Of a DNA stretch of 64,000 nucleotides, positions 20,601 through 29,795 are shown in pieces. The DNA lies in IMG/VR virus record IMGVR_UViG_2630968879_000020, positions 32,001 to 96,000 of that record, one strand, 5' to 3'. Made by a program: the position numbers and the translations under genes. The stretch comes from a virus. Taxonomy: Duplodnaviria > Caudoviricetes. Below the pieces are notes generated by a model. It saw only the letters and a list, made by a program, of their open reading frames with translations. It was not told where the DNA came from and did no database searches. Within the stretch, counting starts at the first letter, position 1, and the number at the start of each line of letters is the position of its first letter.

Positions 20601-21695
20601 AAAATGGCATATGATTACCAGAATCTGGGTAAGTTAATTGACGATAATTTCAAGAATATTTTCGATAACCTCGAAGATAAGCTTATGGAATTTCTTGATA
20701 CCGGTAAATTTAATATTGCTGATTTCGGTAATTTTATTTTTAAAGAGCTTCAACGTAGTTTTATCCGTAGCATGGTTATTTCACCGATGATTAACGGGCT
20801 AGGCTTAGGTGCTGGCGGAGAGACTGGCGAGAGCTTCATCTCAAAAATCGGTGGCGCGATGGGGGGCATGTTCGGTGGTTCTAGTGCTAATGAAGGTGAC
20901 GATGGCATTGCCAAATCTACTCAAGCTCTCGGTAAGGCGGCTACTGAAACAACTGGTGCACTGGAGACAATGCAATCAGAAGGTATCTTCTCTACTATTG
21001 CCGGTTATGCGCAACAATTATGGGCAATGATCGCTGGTACAACCGCAACCCAAACAAAATCAGCCGCTGATGTTTCAGCTACCACAACAGTTACTTCATT
21101 TGCAATTGCATTAGGTTTGGCAAGAAGTGCCGTTATAAGTTTCATGGCATCCCTGATGACAAGTAGTTCAGCAAGTAGTGCTAGTTCTATTGTATCAATG
21201 GTAGGAACAATCGGGTCAGCAGCAGCTTCTGCATATGGCGGAGGAGCAGGGGCGGCTGGTGCAGCAGGATCTGCGGCTAATACGGGGGCAATGGGAATGT
21301 CAACCAATTGGCAAGCCTATACATCCTCTTTTGCAAAAGGCGGCATAATGGGGTCGTTGGGGGAAGTTCCGCTAAAAACCTATTCCAAAGGTGGCATTGC
21401 CACTTCACCTCAGTTAGCCCTCTTTGGTGAGGGGGCGCACAATGAAGCTTATGTACCTTTACCTGATGGCCGCCGTATTCCTGTGAATATGAACATTGCT
21501 GGTGACGACATCGGAGCTGGTTCAGATAAAAATGTAATCATTTCTATCTCTGTAGTAAATCAGGGAGGGGATAGCAATGAGGAAAGTAATTCCAGTAATG
21601 AATCGGCATGGAACGAGACGGCTCAAAAAATTAAATCCATTGTTATTGAAACAATGACTGAAGAAAAACGCCCAGGTGGTATGTTAACGGAGTAA
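17655..21695 (+). CDS. Tape measure protein
   Basis: 1346 aa; QMSGKGVVSMEELRQQLGEAIP; C-terminal FGEGAHNEAYVPL...EEKRPGGML. Confidence 0.92.
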   Translation: MADSLGFRLSLDSKEFEIKIDNAGRLLNRLSNQGTKASTGVKRLEGGFRGFGRTLSDTITTIGMASFAIGTLKTAFFDWQKTILDSAGKLERLQVMLQGLATSSDKAAESMRDFQYIISSAKQAPFSIDAISDSFVKLKSSGIDPTKGSMQALVDATARFGGDSELLKRATIAIQQMSGKGVVSMEELRQQLGEAIPTAMQSMALGMNVSMAELVKAVSSGSVRSKDAIESMMNILEASYGGSAKRMMNTYVGLLSQMQTNAALLAKSIGDSGYMDAVKDAIRDINSLLGSNAAVYYGEQFGKMVKEIIDASKEMLVWIFNNKEMLLSLGSALMHIAGGVLVLSFFKSITGALTGFNRMIATTVTSSGGLARQMVLISQRASGMGQNLNLGTIAIGRMKHAWRGLDAAMKANAIIFAVTTIIEVLALLAWWYDKVNERAKNAMETAKNTPELVTDEQMEDLKKAKENQLKELEEIERKIKYQQELMQPALEYKKSGKSPNEEALNQALEVEKALLKEKEKIAGKLQKLQDALTNTEIAKAKIAYERKLSQLENSIEREDGVRKSELRSKLEALNAEMVAKLNAVKNDTALQLSIRKEYGEKMGVLYNEELERGKESITKQADLTRTEINRVMKELTKVRTRAGNNTTDIQKQQITQLENQLLSATNSLNNYEKMYQTTLERITNSAKMFMGSMIGINGEAIDATSDALGDKLKTIEDSSRRNSASARLGNGEKIKTIDGRTATSQQELQTHYNIVDALKEEKINVDNLEVAYKNLSKSHKASIDAAMANARMAGNAANEKKDNSKAEKAKREAERMAEAHRKILSDADAMSAKIGFGSQEVVKYNQSLDELRKSLEKLSKASPQEGILSQEQIDDATAWLAEIKAEIENDDYLNALAKNSADQLISKWAGFANTVKGNMTQSIAEMRSEFEKNYQAADNYFAKIIKANEKNTEVYEYLEAEQAKFHAGKEEAMVRMTETATAKMAYDYQNLGKLIDDNFKNIFDNLEDKLMEFLDTGKFNIADFGNFIFKELQRSFIRSMVISPMINGLGLGAGGETGESFISKIGGAMGGMFGGSSANEGDDGIAKSTQALGKAATETTGALETMQSEGIFSTIAGYAQQLWAMIAGTTATQTKSAADVSATTTVTSFAIALGLARSAVISFMASLMTSSSASSASSIVSMVGTIGSAAASAYGGGAGAAGAAGSAANTGAMGMSTNWQAYTSSFAKGGIMGSLGEVPLKTYSKGGIATSPQLALFGEGAHNEAYVPLPDGRRIPVNMNIAGDDIGAGSDKNVIISISVVNQGGDSNEESNSSNESAWNETAQKIKSIVIETMTEEKRPGGMLTE

Positions 21696-21698
21696 CTC

Positions 21699-22031
21699 AT
21701 GGAACGGAAAACCTTTAAGTGGCATCCAAAATTTGAATCGCGTAAAAACTTCAAACCGACAATAAGCAAGCAGACGTTTGATGATGGTTATGAGCAACGA
21801 TTAACGTCAGGGTTCAATTGGCGAAAATACGAATGGAATTTGGTATTTGAGGGGGCGTATCCCCTCATTCAAGAAATAGAGGATTTTCTTTACGAACATG
21901 GCGGAAAAGATTTATTTAATTGGGTATCCCCAGATAAAAAACCTTATTTGATTGTATGTGAAGATTTTAATGTTACAAGAAATACAGGGAGTGCAACCTT
22001 AACAGCGACATTCAGACAAGTGTTTGAGTAA
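21699..22031 (+). CDS. Distal tail protein (lambda gpM-like)
   Basis: FDDGYEQR, FLYEHGG..F.W..P, LTATFRQVF. Confidence 0.88.
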   Translation: MERKTFKWHPKFESRKNFKPTISKQTFDDGYEQRLTSGFNWRKYEWNLVFEGAYPLIQEIEDFLYEHGGKDLFNWVSPDKKPYLIVCEDFNVTRNTGSATLTATFRQVFE

Positions 22032-22083
22032 AACTGTGCTTATCCCAATACGGGAATAGTATGATTTCAAGGAGAGAAACGTA

Positions 22084-22791
22084 ATGACAGGAAAGTCAAT
22101 CAGACAGCACATTCAACTATTATCACCTGAATCTATCTTTGAGTTTTTTATTATCGATCTGCCTAAGAATACGGGCGGAGGTAGATTTTATTTTCACGCT
22201 GGTACAAATGATCTGAACCAACCTGTTGTATGGCAGGGAAAGATCTATCAACCTATGCCGATAAAGGCAACAGGCTTTGATATTAGCGGAGAAGGTAAAC
22301 TTCCAAGACCTAAGTTAAAAGTTGTTAATCTGCATGGATTGATTTCTGCTGAGCTGCAAACTAAAGACGACTTGTTAGGTTGTCAGGTGACACGCAAACG
22401 AACGATGCAATGTTTTCTTGATGCAGAGAATTTTCCTGATGGTGTCAATCCTGATGCAAATCCCGAACAGCATTTTCCTGATGATGTGTGGTTTATCGAT
22501 CAGAAAACTATTGAAACCTGCGAAATAGTGGAGTTTGAACTGGCGTCAGTTTATGACCTGATGGGAGTACAGCTTCCTAACCGACAAGTGATCCGTAATT
22601 CCTGTCAGTGGGATTATCGTGGGGCGGAGTGTGGATATACTGGCCCCGCTTTTGATAAAGATGACAAACCAACTTCCATCGCTGGAGCAGATTTTTGTCC
22701 TAAGCGATTATCTAGTTGCCGAGCGCGGAAGAATTACTTTGCTGATGGCATCATTATGTTTGGCGGTTTTCCGGGAGCGACACGAGCATGA
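22084..22791 (+). CDS. Minor tail protein L
   Basis: WQGKIYQPMP; Fe-S cysteines CQWDYRGAECGY and CPKRLSSC; FGGFPG. Confidence 0.92.
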   Translation: MTGKSIRQHIQLLSPESIFEFFIIDLPKNTGGGRFYFHAGTNDLNQPVVWQGKIYQPMPIKATGFDISGEGKLPRPKLKVVNLHGLISAELQTKDDLLGCQVTRKRTMQCFLDAENFPDGVNPDANPEQHFPDDVWFIDQKTIETCEIVEFELASVYDLMGVQLPNRQVIRNSCQWDYRGAECGYTGPAFDKDDKPTSIAGADFCPKRLSSCRARKNYFADGIIMFGGFPGATRA

Positions 22792-23561
22792 TCCAAGAAA
22801 TGATGAGTACATCTCTGTACTTGGAAATGCAACAGGCCGCCGTCACAGCTTATCCAAACGAAGCCTGTGGGTTGTTGGTCAACACTAAAGGAACTAAGTA
22901 TGAGCTTGTGTTGTGTAAAAACGTTGCGGAAGACCCCGTTAATTTTTTTGTGATGAATGCAGAAGATCAAATAGCAGCAGAAAAAAGGGGGGAAGTCGTA
23001 GGGGTGTGGCATAGCCATACGGATGGAACTAATAAAGCCAGTGAAGCAGATATGGCAGGTTGTGAAGCCTCAGAACTTCCTTGGCTTATCATCAATGTGA
23101 CAAAAAATTATAACCCTGAAATTGACAGTGAATTCATCATCAGTGATGTGAATGTCATTTCTCCGAATGGCTTTGAAATGCCTTATGAGGGAAGACCTTA
23201 CGCTTTTGGAGTATTTGATTGTTGGATGTTATGTCGCGATTACCTCAAGCGAGAATTTAATATTCAGGTGGGAGCATGTTCGCATCTGCATATCCCTAAT
23301 TGGTGGGATGGCGATAAAGATATTCTCAGTGACAACATCACTGAACAGGGATTTATTAAGCTGCCTTACGGAACACAGCCAAAACGTGGTGATCTATTTC
23401 TTATGAAAATAGGAGCTAAGATGCCGGATCATTGTGCAGTTTATATCGGTGATAACCTGATTTTGCATCATCAATCTAACCGGCTAAGTTGTAAGGCAAT
23501 TTACGGTGGTATGTATCAGAAAACAACGATCCATCATTTACGGCATAAGGAATTGCTATGA
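22788..23561 (+). CDS. Tail assembly protein K (JAB + NlpC/P60)
   Basis: YPNEACG, HSH, DCW, HCAVYIG. Confidence 0.9.
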   Translation: MIQEMMSTSLYLEMQQAAVTAYPNEACGLLVNTKGTKYELVLCKNVAEDPVNFFVMNAEDQIAAEKRGEVVGVWHSHTDGTNKASEADMAGCEASELPWLIINVTKNYNPEIDSEFIISDVNVISPNGFEMPYEGRPYAFGVFDCWMLCRDYLKREFNIQVGACSHLHIPNWWDGDKDILSDNITEQGFIKLPYGTQPKRGDLFLMKIGAKMPDHCAVYIGDNLILHHQSNRLSCKAIYGGMYQKTTIHHLRHKELL

Positions 23562-24208
23562 GTGAAAAGATAAAAGAACCTAATCTCGTTACATTTGAAT
23601 TTGGCGGCGTGTTGGGCAAGAAATTTGGCAAAGAGCACAAGGTAAAATGCACGACGGTACGACAAGGAGTCAGCATTATTAACTGCAACAGACAAGGGTT
23701 GCTCGCTTGGATGAAACAGAATGCCCGAAAGTACCAGAAATACCATATCCGTGTGACGAGAGCCAATGGCGCAACACGCGAAATGAGCGAAACCGAATAC
23801 CAGATGGAAAATAACGGGGACATGGTTCATGTTTGTATTACACCTATTTATCGTGGTGCTGGCGCTAAGGCTATGAGTATTGTTCAGGTCGTTGTTGGTG
23901 TAGCGTTAATGATAGCTTCAATTTGGCTCGGTCCAGCAGCTTTTATGGCTGGTCTTTCCATGTTGGCAAGTGGTGTAGTCGGTCTTTTGTCAAAACAACC
24001 GAAGCCAAACACGGGAGGGGCGGATAACCGCAAAAACTCAACTTATTTTGACGGTCCTGAAAATACGGTGGAACAAGGGGCACCCGTGCCTCTTATTTAC
24101 GGCGAAGAAATCCTTGTTGGCTCTCAGTTAATCAGCCTTAAACTGTCCGTAGAACAGCTAGTACCTGATCCGCCAGAACCCAAGAAGATTAAAGCTTTAG
24201 TGGCTTAA
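23558..24208 (+). CDS. Tail assembly protein I
   Basis: GVLGKKFG; QGAPVPLIYGE. Confidence 0.88.
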   Translation: MSEKIKEPNLVTFEFGGVLGKKFGKEHKVKCTTVRQGVSIINCNRQGLLAWMKQNARKYQKYHIRVTRANGATREMSETEYQMENNGDMVHVCITPIYRGAGAKAMSIVQVVVGVALMIASIWLGPAAFMAGLSMLASGVVGLLSKQPKPNTGGADNRKNSTYFDGPENTVEQGAPVPLIYGEEILVGSQLISLKLSVEQLVPDPPEPKKIKALVA

Positions 24209-24225
24209 AAACCAAAAGAGGCTAA

Positions 24226-24525
24226 TTAAAGCCTCTTTTTCACAATTTCATACACTTCATTCCGATTACGTTTTCCAATTGTTACAACGATAATAATTAG
24301 TTTTTTGTCTACGACTTCATAAACCAGTCTGTAACCAGATGCCTTGGACTTAATCTTGTAACAGTTTGGCATACCGCTTAGTTTCGCTGATGGAATATAT
24401 GGATTAATTGTTAAGGCTTTTAATTTTTTGGCGAATTGTTGTTGAATGTTCGAGCGAAGTTTTTTCCACTCTTTTACCGCATCTTCTCTAAACTTTATTT
24501 TGTATGTCCTATCCTTGTTGCTCAT
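24226..24525 (-). CDS. relE: RelE/StbE-family toxin
   Basis: AVKEWKKL...CYKIK..ASGYRLVYEV...IGKR. Confidence 0.88.
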   Translation of the reverse strand: MSNKDRTYKIKFREDAVKEWKKLRSNIQQQFAKKLKALTINPYIPSAKLSGMPNCYKIKSKASGYRLVYEVVDKKLIIIVVTIGKRNRNEVYEIVKKRL

Positions 24526-24773
24526 AGATATTCATCCAAATCAATATCTACAAGATCCTGATTCTTACGCGCCTCTACAATTTGAATTAATTCCTTATCT
24601 TCCAGTTGATCTAATAAGCTTTCGTAAATATCAGCCGGAACACAATAGAATGCAGGCTTGTTGCGATTTAAGATAGCAACAGGATAACCTTCACCTGAAC
24701 TAACAGTAGCCATTGGATTTTTTTTTAACTCACTAACGCTCGCTGTCACATTACTTAGGATAACTTGAGGCAT
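24522..24773 (-). CDS. stbD: Phd/YefM (StbD-like) antitoxin
   Basis: ASVSELKKNPM...PVAILNRNKPAFYCVP. Confidence 0.88.
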   Translation of the reverse strand: MPQVILSNVTASVSELKKNPMATVSSGEGYPVAILNRNKPAFYCVPADIYESLLDQLEDKELIQIVEARKNQDLVDIDLDEYL

Positions 24774-24918
24774 ATTTCAACTCCTTAAAAGACCAGTTAA
24801 TAAGTCATATTATAGTTATAAAAGACTGAATAACAAGTCTCTTTAAATTGTATTAGCATATTGCATTGTCTATTATAATATGTATTTGGATACCTATTTT
24901 TGTGATATGGAGGTTACA

Positions 24919-27900
24919 GTGAAAAAAGAAAAAATATTCATTGCGGGAGCTGGTGGTGGTGGTGGTGATCGCCCAAGACAGTCTATTGAAGCCCCTGATA
25001 ATGTTGAGTCCAAAACACTTGCTTCAATGCTAGATTTATTGGGAGAAGGTGTAATTGGTGGTTTGAAAAATGGCGGTCAGTCTATCTTTTTGGACGACGT
25101 GCCTTTGTTAAACCCTGACAGCTCGCCTAACTTCAATGGAGTGAAGTTTTGGGAAAGAAGAGGGGAACAAAACCAAGATCCAATGGATGGTTTTGACGAT
25201 ATTGAAACGCCTTATAATGTTGCAACACAGCTTAAGGCTACAACACCTAAGACATTGCAAGTGGATAATGATGATGCCGACCGAGTACGGATCATCATGG
25301 AATTCCCCCGTATGACTTCAACCGACAAAGAAAACGGAGACATAAATGGGACGGAGGTAAAATTTCAGTTTCAATTAGCCATAGGTGAAAATTCGTTTAA
25401 GCCAGTCATTCCGTTAGACCATAAAGATAGTACGATTAAGATTGCCAAGAAATCGAGCGGTAAATTTCAGCGGGAATATTTTATTGATTTACCTAAGCCC
25501 GGCAAAAATTACCGTATTAAGATTATTCGATTTACGCCTGATACTAATAGCGATTACCTGCACAACAAAACCGTAGTGGCATCCTACGGGGAAATCGTAT
25601 TTGCAAAAATGGCATATCCTAACAGTGCGATTGTTGGGATCACCATTGATTCACAGGAATTTGGTGGAAATATGCCTCGTCGTTCATACCTTGTTTCGGG
25701 TATGAAAATTCGAGTCCCTTCAAATTATCGTTCTTCCGACAACAGCTATCAGGGAGATTGGGACGGTGGCTTTGATATTCAGGTGTCATCTAACCCTGCA
25801 TGGATTCTTTATGACCTACTGACGAACAAACGATACGGTTTGGGTAATTTCGTCAACGAATATATGATAGATACCGGTCAGTTCTATCAGATAGGACGAT
25901 ATTGCGATCAAGAAGTCCCTAATGGCTTCGGTGGTATGGAGAAACGGTTCACTATTAATACAGTGATTGCTAGCCGTCAGGAGGCATATAAGGTCATTTC
26001 TGACATTGCTTCGGTTTTCCGAGGCATGGTGTTTTGGGCTGGTGGTATGATAAACCTCCGACAAGATAGCCCGGCTACACCAGTCATGCAGTTTTCAGCA
26101 TCAAATATCATCGATAAAGTCATCCGTAAGGGATCTTCACGAAAAGATCGCCCAACAGTTGCCGTTGTTACATACAACGATAAGGATGATCTTTACAAGC
26201 AAAATATTGAATACGTCGAGGATGAGGAGGCCAAGAAACGCTTTGGGATTCGTAAAACAGAGTCGCTAGCGTTTGGGTGTACCAGTCGGGGACAAGCGTA
26301 CAGAACTGGTTTGTGGCTGCTTTATACTTCGAAAATGGAGACAGATGTTGTTATCTTCAAGGCAGGGATCGATAGTTCGTTTCTGGTTCCCGGTGAATTG
26401 GTAAAACTGCAAGATAAATATCGTTCTGGTAAGCGTAATTCGGGGCGTATTAAGTCTTTTACCCAAAATAGCATAACACTGGACGCGCCAGTACGACTGG
26501 ATAAAGAGGGAGCATTTATCACGTTTCTAACAGTTGACAGCCGTATGATAGATCGCAACTTACTTGAATCGGCTGGCGAATACCAGACTGTAACGTTTAA
26601 AGAGCCTATTGATACGGGTGACGAGCCAATGGAAATGGGTATCTGGACGATCACTGAGCCTGATTTAGAACCCGTTTTGATTCGTGTATTAAGTGTCAGA
26701 GAAGGTGATGAAAAAGGTACATTCGAAATCACCGGTGTTGAGCATAACCCCTCTAAATTTGAAGCTATTGACCGTGGTGCAATCCTTATTCCACCTAAAA
26801 CAAGTGTCTTAGATCCGACTTTCAGTAAACCAGTTGGATTGGATGTGACAGAGGCAACGTACCTTTCGTCACCGGGTAATCTGTCGGTGAAGTTAATTGT
26901 ATCTTGGGAAGGACGATCCCCTAAATATGTTCTCCGCTATCGCCGTAGTGATGTGGTGGATAATTGGATTCGGATGGAACTCACCGACAATCAATGTGAA
27001 ATACTGAATGTTGTGGATAGCGCTCGATATGATATTGAAGTTTTTGCGATCTCAATTACAGGTAGAAAAACCGAGACATTAGCAGCGACTTATACCACTC
27101 TTGGCACTTTAATGCCTCCGGGAGCACCTAAAAATCTGGCAGCCGTTGGAGACTACCGACAAATTGTGCTGACTTGGGTAAATCCTGAGGCTATCGACCT
27201 TGAAACTATTTATGTTTATGGCTCCCGAAAAAATAATTTTGAGACGGCGAGTCTTTTGGCAAAAATACCGTCAACAACTTTTACGCACTCTGGTTTGGAC
27301 GATGATGTTACATGGTATTACTGGGTAAGGGCTGTCAACAAGCGGGGAATGTTAAGTCCAGTAAATACTAATTTAGGCACAAGCGCGACTACGAAAGATG
27401 TATTGTCTTTTTTGAGGAATAAAATCACTTCAAGCGAGCTTGGTAAAGAGTTACTCGAAGAGCTAGACTCCAAAGCTGTCAGCGAAGATCTTGAGGTAAT
27501 ACAAGATTTGGTTGATAAGTCGGAGAGAAAAATTGACTCTATACAAGATTTAGTTGATGTATCAGAGAAAAAAATTGAGGCAATACAAGATCTGTTCGAA
27601 GTATCAGATAAAAAGATTCATGAAATTGACAAAATAACCGGTGAAATTAAAGCATCACAAGAGATCCTAAACTCTTCCGTAGAAACAGTAAAAGAGAGTG
27701 CTAAAAAAGCTCTGCAAGACTCAGATAGCAACGCTTCTAAGATTGTCAAAATCAAAAGTACTGTCTATGAGCAAGATAAAAAGCTTGCTTCAACGTTAGA
27801 GGCCATTCAGACGGTAAAAGGCAATATAGAAGCCGTCTTGATTGAAGAGAAAAGATCTCGTATCGAAGGGGATAAAGCAACAACTGAAAAAGTTGAATTG

Positions 27901-29715
27901 ATCGAAACAAAAATAGACAGCCACGATGTAGCCATTAAAAGAGCCGAATCTACAGCGATTGATGCTGAGAAGACAATCGCTCGCGTTACCGGCTCAGTTG
28001 AAGCTGTTGCTAAAGCCGCTATTGATACGGCGTTAAAAGGTGAAGAAGAAGTTAGGGAACAACGCGATACCAATGCCAAGATATTCACGGATCAGAAAGT
28101 TATTGTCGATGGGCAACAGGCATTGTCTCAAAAAATAGAAACAATGACCGCTGAGTTCAACCAAAACATAAAAGCTCAATTAAATGAGGAAAAGCAAACG
28201 AGGGCAAGCGCGGATGAAGCATTGTCTAAGCAAGTTACACAATTAACAAGTGAAATAAACCAAAACATCAAAGCACAGCTAAGTGAAGAGAAACAAGCAA
28301 GAACAAATGCAGATGAGGCATTATCTAAACAGATCACACAACTGAAAAGTGAGGTCGATCAGAGCGTCAAGGCTCAATTAAATGAAGAAAAACAAACGAG
28401 GGTAAATGCAGATGAAGCATTGTCTCAGCAGGTTCTACAACTAAAAACGGATGTTGACCAAAACATCACTGCTCAATTGAATGAGGAAAAACAAGCGAGA
28501 GCTAATGCGGATGAAGCTCTATCTAAGCAAGTTACTCAACTGAAAAGCGATGTTGACCAAAACATCACTGCTCAATTGCATGAGGAAAAACAAGCGAGAG
28601 CTAATGCGGATGAAGCTCTATCTAAGCAAGTTACTCAACTGAAAAGCGATGTTAACCAAAATATCACAGCCCAATTGAATGAAGAAAAACAAACACGGGC
28701 GAATGCTGATGGAGCATTATCTACACAAATTACCCAATTGAAAAGTGAAGTCGATCAAAATATCAAAGCTCAGTTAAGTGAGGAAAAACAAACACGGGCG
28801 AATGCTGATGAATCATTATCTAAGCAAATAACTCAGTTGAGAAGCGAAACTGGGATAAACATCAAATCTCAACTTGATGAGGAAAAAAATACCCGAGCAA
28901 CTAAAGATGAAGCGCTATCTCAAAGTGTTGAACGACTCAAGACACAGACCAGTAAGGATATTGAAGCAGCCGTATTAGCGGAAAAAAATGCACGTACAAC
29001 CTCTGAGAGGAGTCTGGCCGATAGTGTCAATGTATTGAGTGCAAAGACCCAAAAAGATATTGCCAGTGCGGTATCCAGTGAAGCCAACGCAAGGGCAACC
29101 AGAGATGATGCCTTAGCAGGGGAAATATCTAAAGTTCTGGCAAAAACCAATGCTAATGAGGCTGCTGTAAGAACAGAACAGACAGCGCGTGCGAATGGTG
29201 ATTCGGCACTGGGGAAACGGATAGATACAATTCAAACAACAGTCAATGGAAATACAGCCACTGTTCAGCAGACCACAAAAGCAGTAGCCGAACTTAATGG
29301 TAAAATCTCTGCATCTTGGAATCTGAAAGTAGAAACTGCTAAGGATGGGAAAAAGTATGCGGCAGGTATGACGCTAGGCGTGAATAACAATGCCTCACAA
29401 TTTCTTGTTCAGGCAGATCGATTTGGCTTAATAAATGTAAACAATGGTGCAGTAACAACCCCATTTGTTGTTGAAAATGGCACTACCTATATGAATGCCG
29501 CTTATATTAAAGATGGCTCAATAAGTAGTGGCAAGGTTGGAGATTTGCAATCTAACAACTATTCAGCAGGGAAAACTGGCTGGCGATTCGGCAAGAATGG
29601 TCAACTAGAAATGAATGGTCAAACTTCTGGACAAGGAAGACTAAATATCTCCAATAATCGTATTGATGTGTATGATGAAAAAGGAGTTTTAAGAGTTCGG
29701 ATCGGTTTGCTGTAA
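24919..29715 (+). CDS. Tail tip / host specificity protein J
   Basis: DLLGEGVIGG, SNPAWILYDLLTN.RYGLG, FGCTSRGQA, Fn3 domains, C-terminal LRVRIG; GTG at 24919 follows GGAGG. Confidence 0.92.
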   Translation: MKKEKIFIAGAGGGGGDRPRQSIEAPDNVESKTLASMLDLLGEGVIGGLKNGGQSIFLDDVPLLNPDSSPNFNGVKFWERRGEQNQDPMDGFDDIETPYNVATQLKATTPKTLQVDNDDADRVRIIMEFPRMTSTDKENGDINGTEVKFQFQLAIGENSFKPVIPLDHKDSTIKIAKKSSGKFQREYFIDLPKPGKNYRIKIIRFTPDTNSDYLHNKTVVASYGEIVFAKMAYPNSAIVGITIDSQEFGGNMPRRSYLVSGMKIRVPSNYRSSDNSYQGDWDGGFDIQVSSNPAWILYDLLTNKRYGLGNFVNEYMIDTGQFYQIGRYCDQEVPNGFGGMEKRFTINTVIASRQEAYKVISDIASVFRGMVFWAGGMINLRQDSPATPVMQFSASNIIDKVIRKGSSRKDRPTVAVVTYNDKDDLYKQNIEYVEDEEAKKRFGIRKTESLAFGCTSRGQAYRTGLWLLYTSKMETDVVIFKAGIDSSFLVPGELVKLQDKYRSGKRNSGRIKSFTQNSITLDAPVRLDKEGAFITFLTVDSRMIDRNLLESAGEYQTVTFKEPIDTGDEPMEMGIWTITEPDLEPVLIRVLSVREGDEKGTFEITGVEHNPSKFEAIDRGAILIPPKTSVLDPTFSKPVGLDVTEATYLSSPGNLSVKLIVSWEGRSPKYVLRYRRSDVVDNWIRMELTDNQCEILNVVDSARYDIEVFAISITGRKTETLAATYTTLGTLMPPGAPKNLAAVGDYRQIVLTWVNPEAIDLETIYVYGSRKNNFETASLLAKIPSTTFTHSGLDDDVTWYYWVRAVNKRGMLSPVNTNLGTSATTKDVLSFLRNKITSSELGKELLEELDSKAVSEDLEVIQDLVDKSERKIDSIQDLVDVSEKKIEAIQDLFEVSDKKIHEIDKITGEIKASQEILNSSVETVKESAKKALQDSDSNASKIVKIKSTVYEQDKKLASTLEAIQTVKGNIEAVLIEEKRSRIEGDKATTEKVELIETKIDSHDVAIKRAESTAIDAEKTIARVTGSVEAVAKAAIDTALKGEEEVREQRDTNAKIFTDQKVIVDGQQALSQKIETMTAEFNQNIKAQLNEEKQTRASADEALSKQVTQLTSEINQNIKAQLSEEKQARTNADEALSKQITQLKSEVDQSVKAQLNEEKQTRVNADEALSQQVLQLKTDVDQNITAQLNEEKQARANADEALSKQVTQLKSDVDQNITAQLHEEKQARANADEALSKQVTQLKSDVNQNITAQLNEEKQTRANADGALSTQITQLKSEVDQNIKAQLSEEKQTRANADESLSKQITQLRSETGINIKSQLDEEKNTRATKDEALSQSVERLKTQTSKDIEAAVLAEKNARTTSERSLADSVNVLSAKTQKDIASAVSSEANARATRDDALAGEISKVLAKTNANEAAVRTEQTARANGDSALGKRIDTIQTTVNGNTATVQQTTKAVAELNGKISASWNLKVETAKDGKKYAAGMTLGVNNNASQFLVQADRFGLINVNNGAVTTPFVVENGTTYMNAAYIKDGSISSGKVGDLQSNNYSAGKTGWRFGKNGQLEMNGQTSGQGRLNISNNRIDVYDEKGVLRVRIGLL
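28153..29240 (+). repeat. 99-bp (33-aa) tandem repeats in J, ~8 strong and ~3 degenerate
   Basis: Unit DVDQNITAQLNEEKQARANADEALSKQVTQLKS; near-identical DNA copies at 28450 and 28549. Confidence 0.9.
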
Positions 29716-29795
29716 ACAGCGTTATTTAGTGTGTTAATATCACTTTTATTGCAAGTAATTAAATACCTATCATATATCTAAAAGGGAGATATGGA

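Noticed and set aside
28153-29240. Regular repeats as a CRISPR array
   Set aside because: They are in-frame 99-bp coding repeats with no unique spacers, and no cas genes are present
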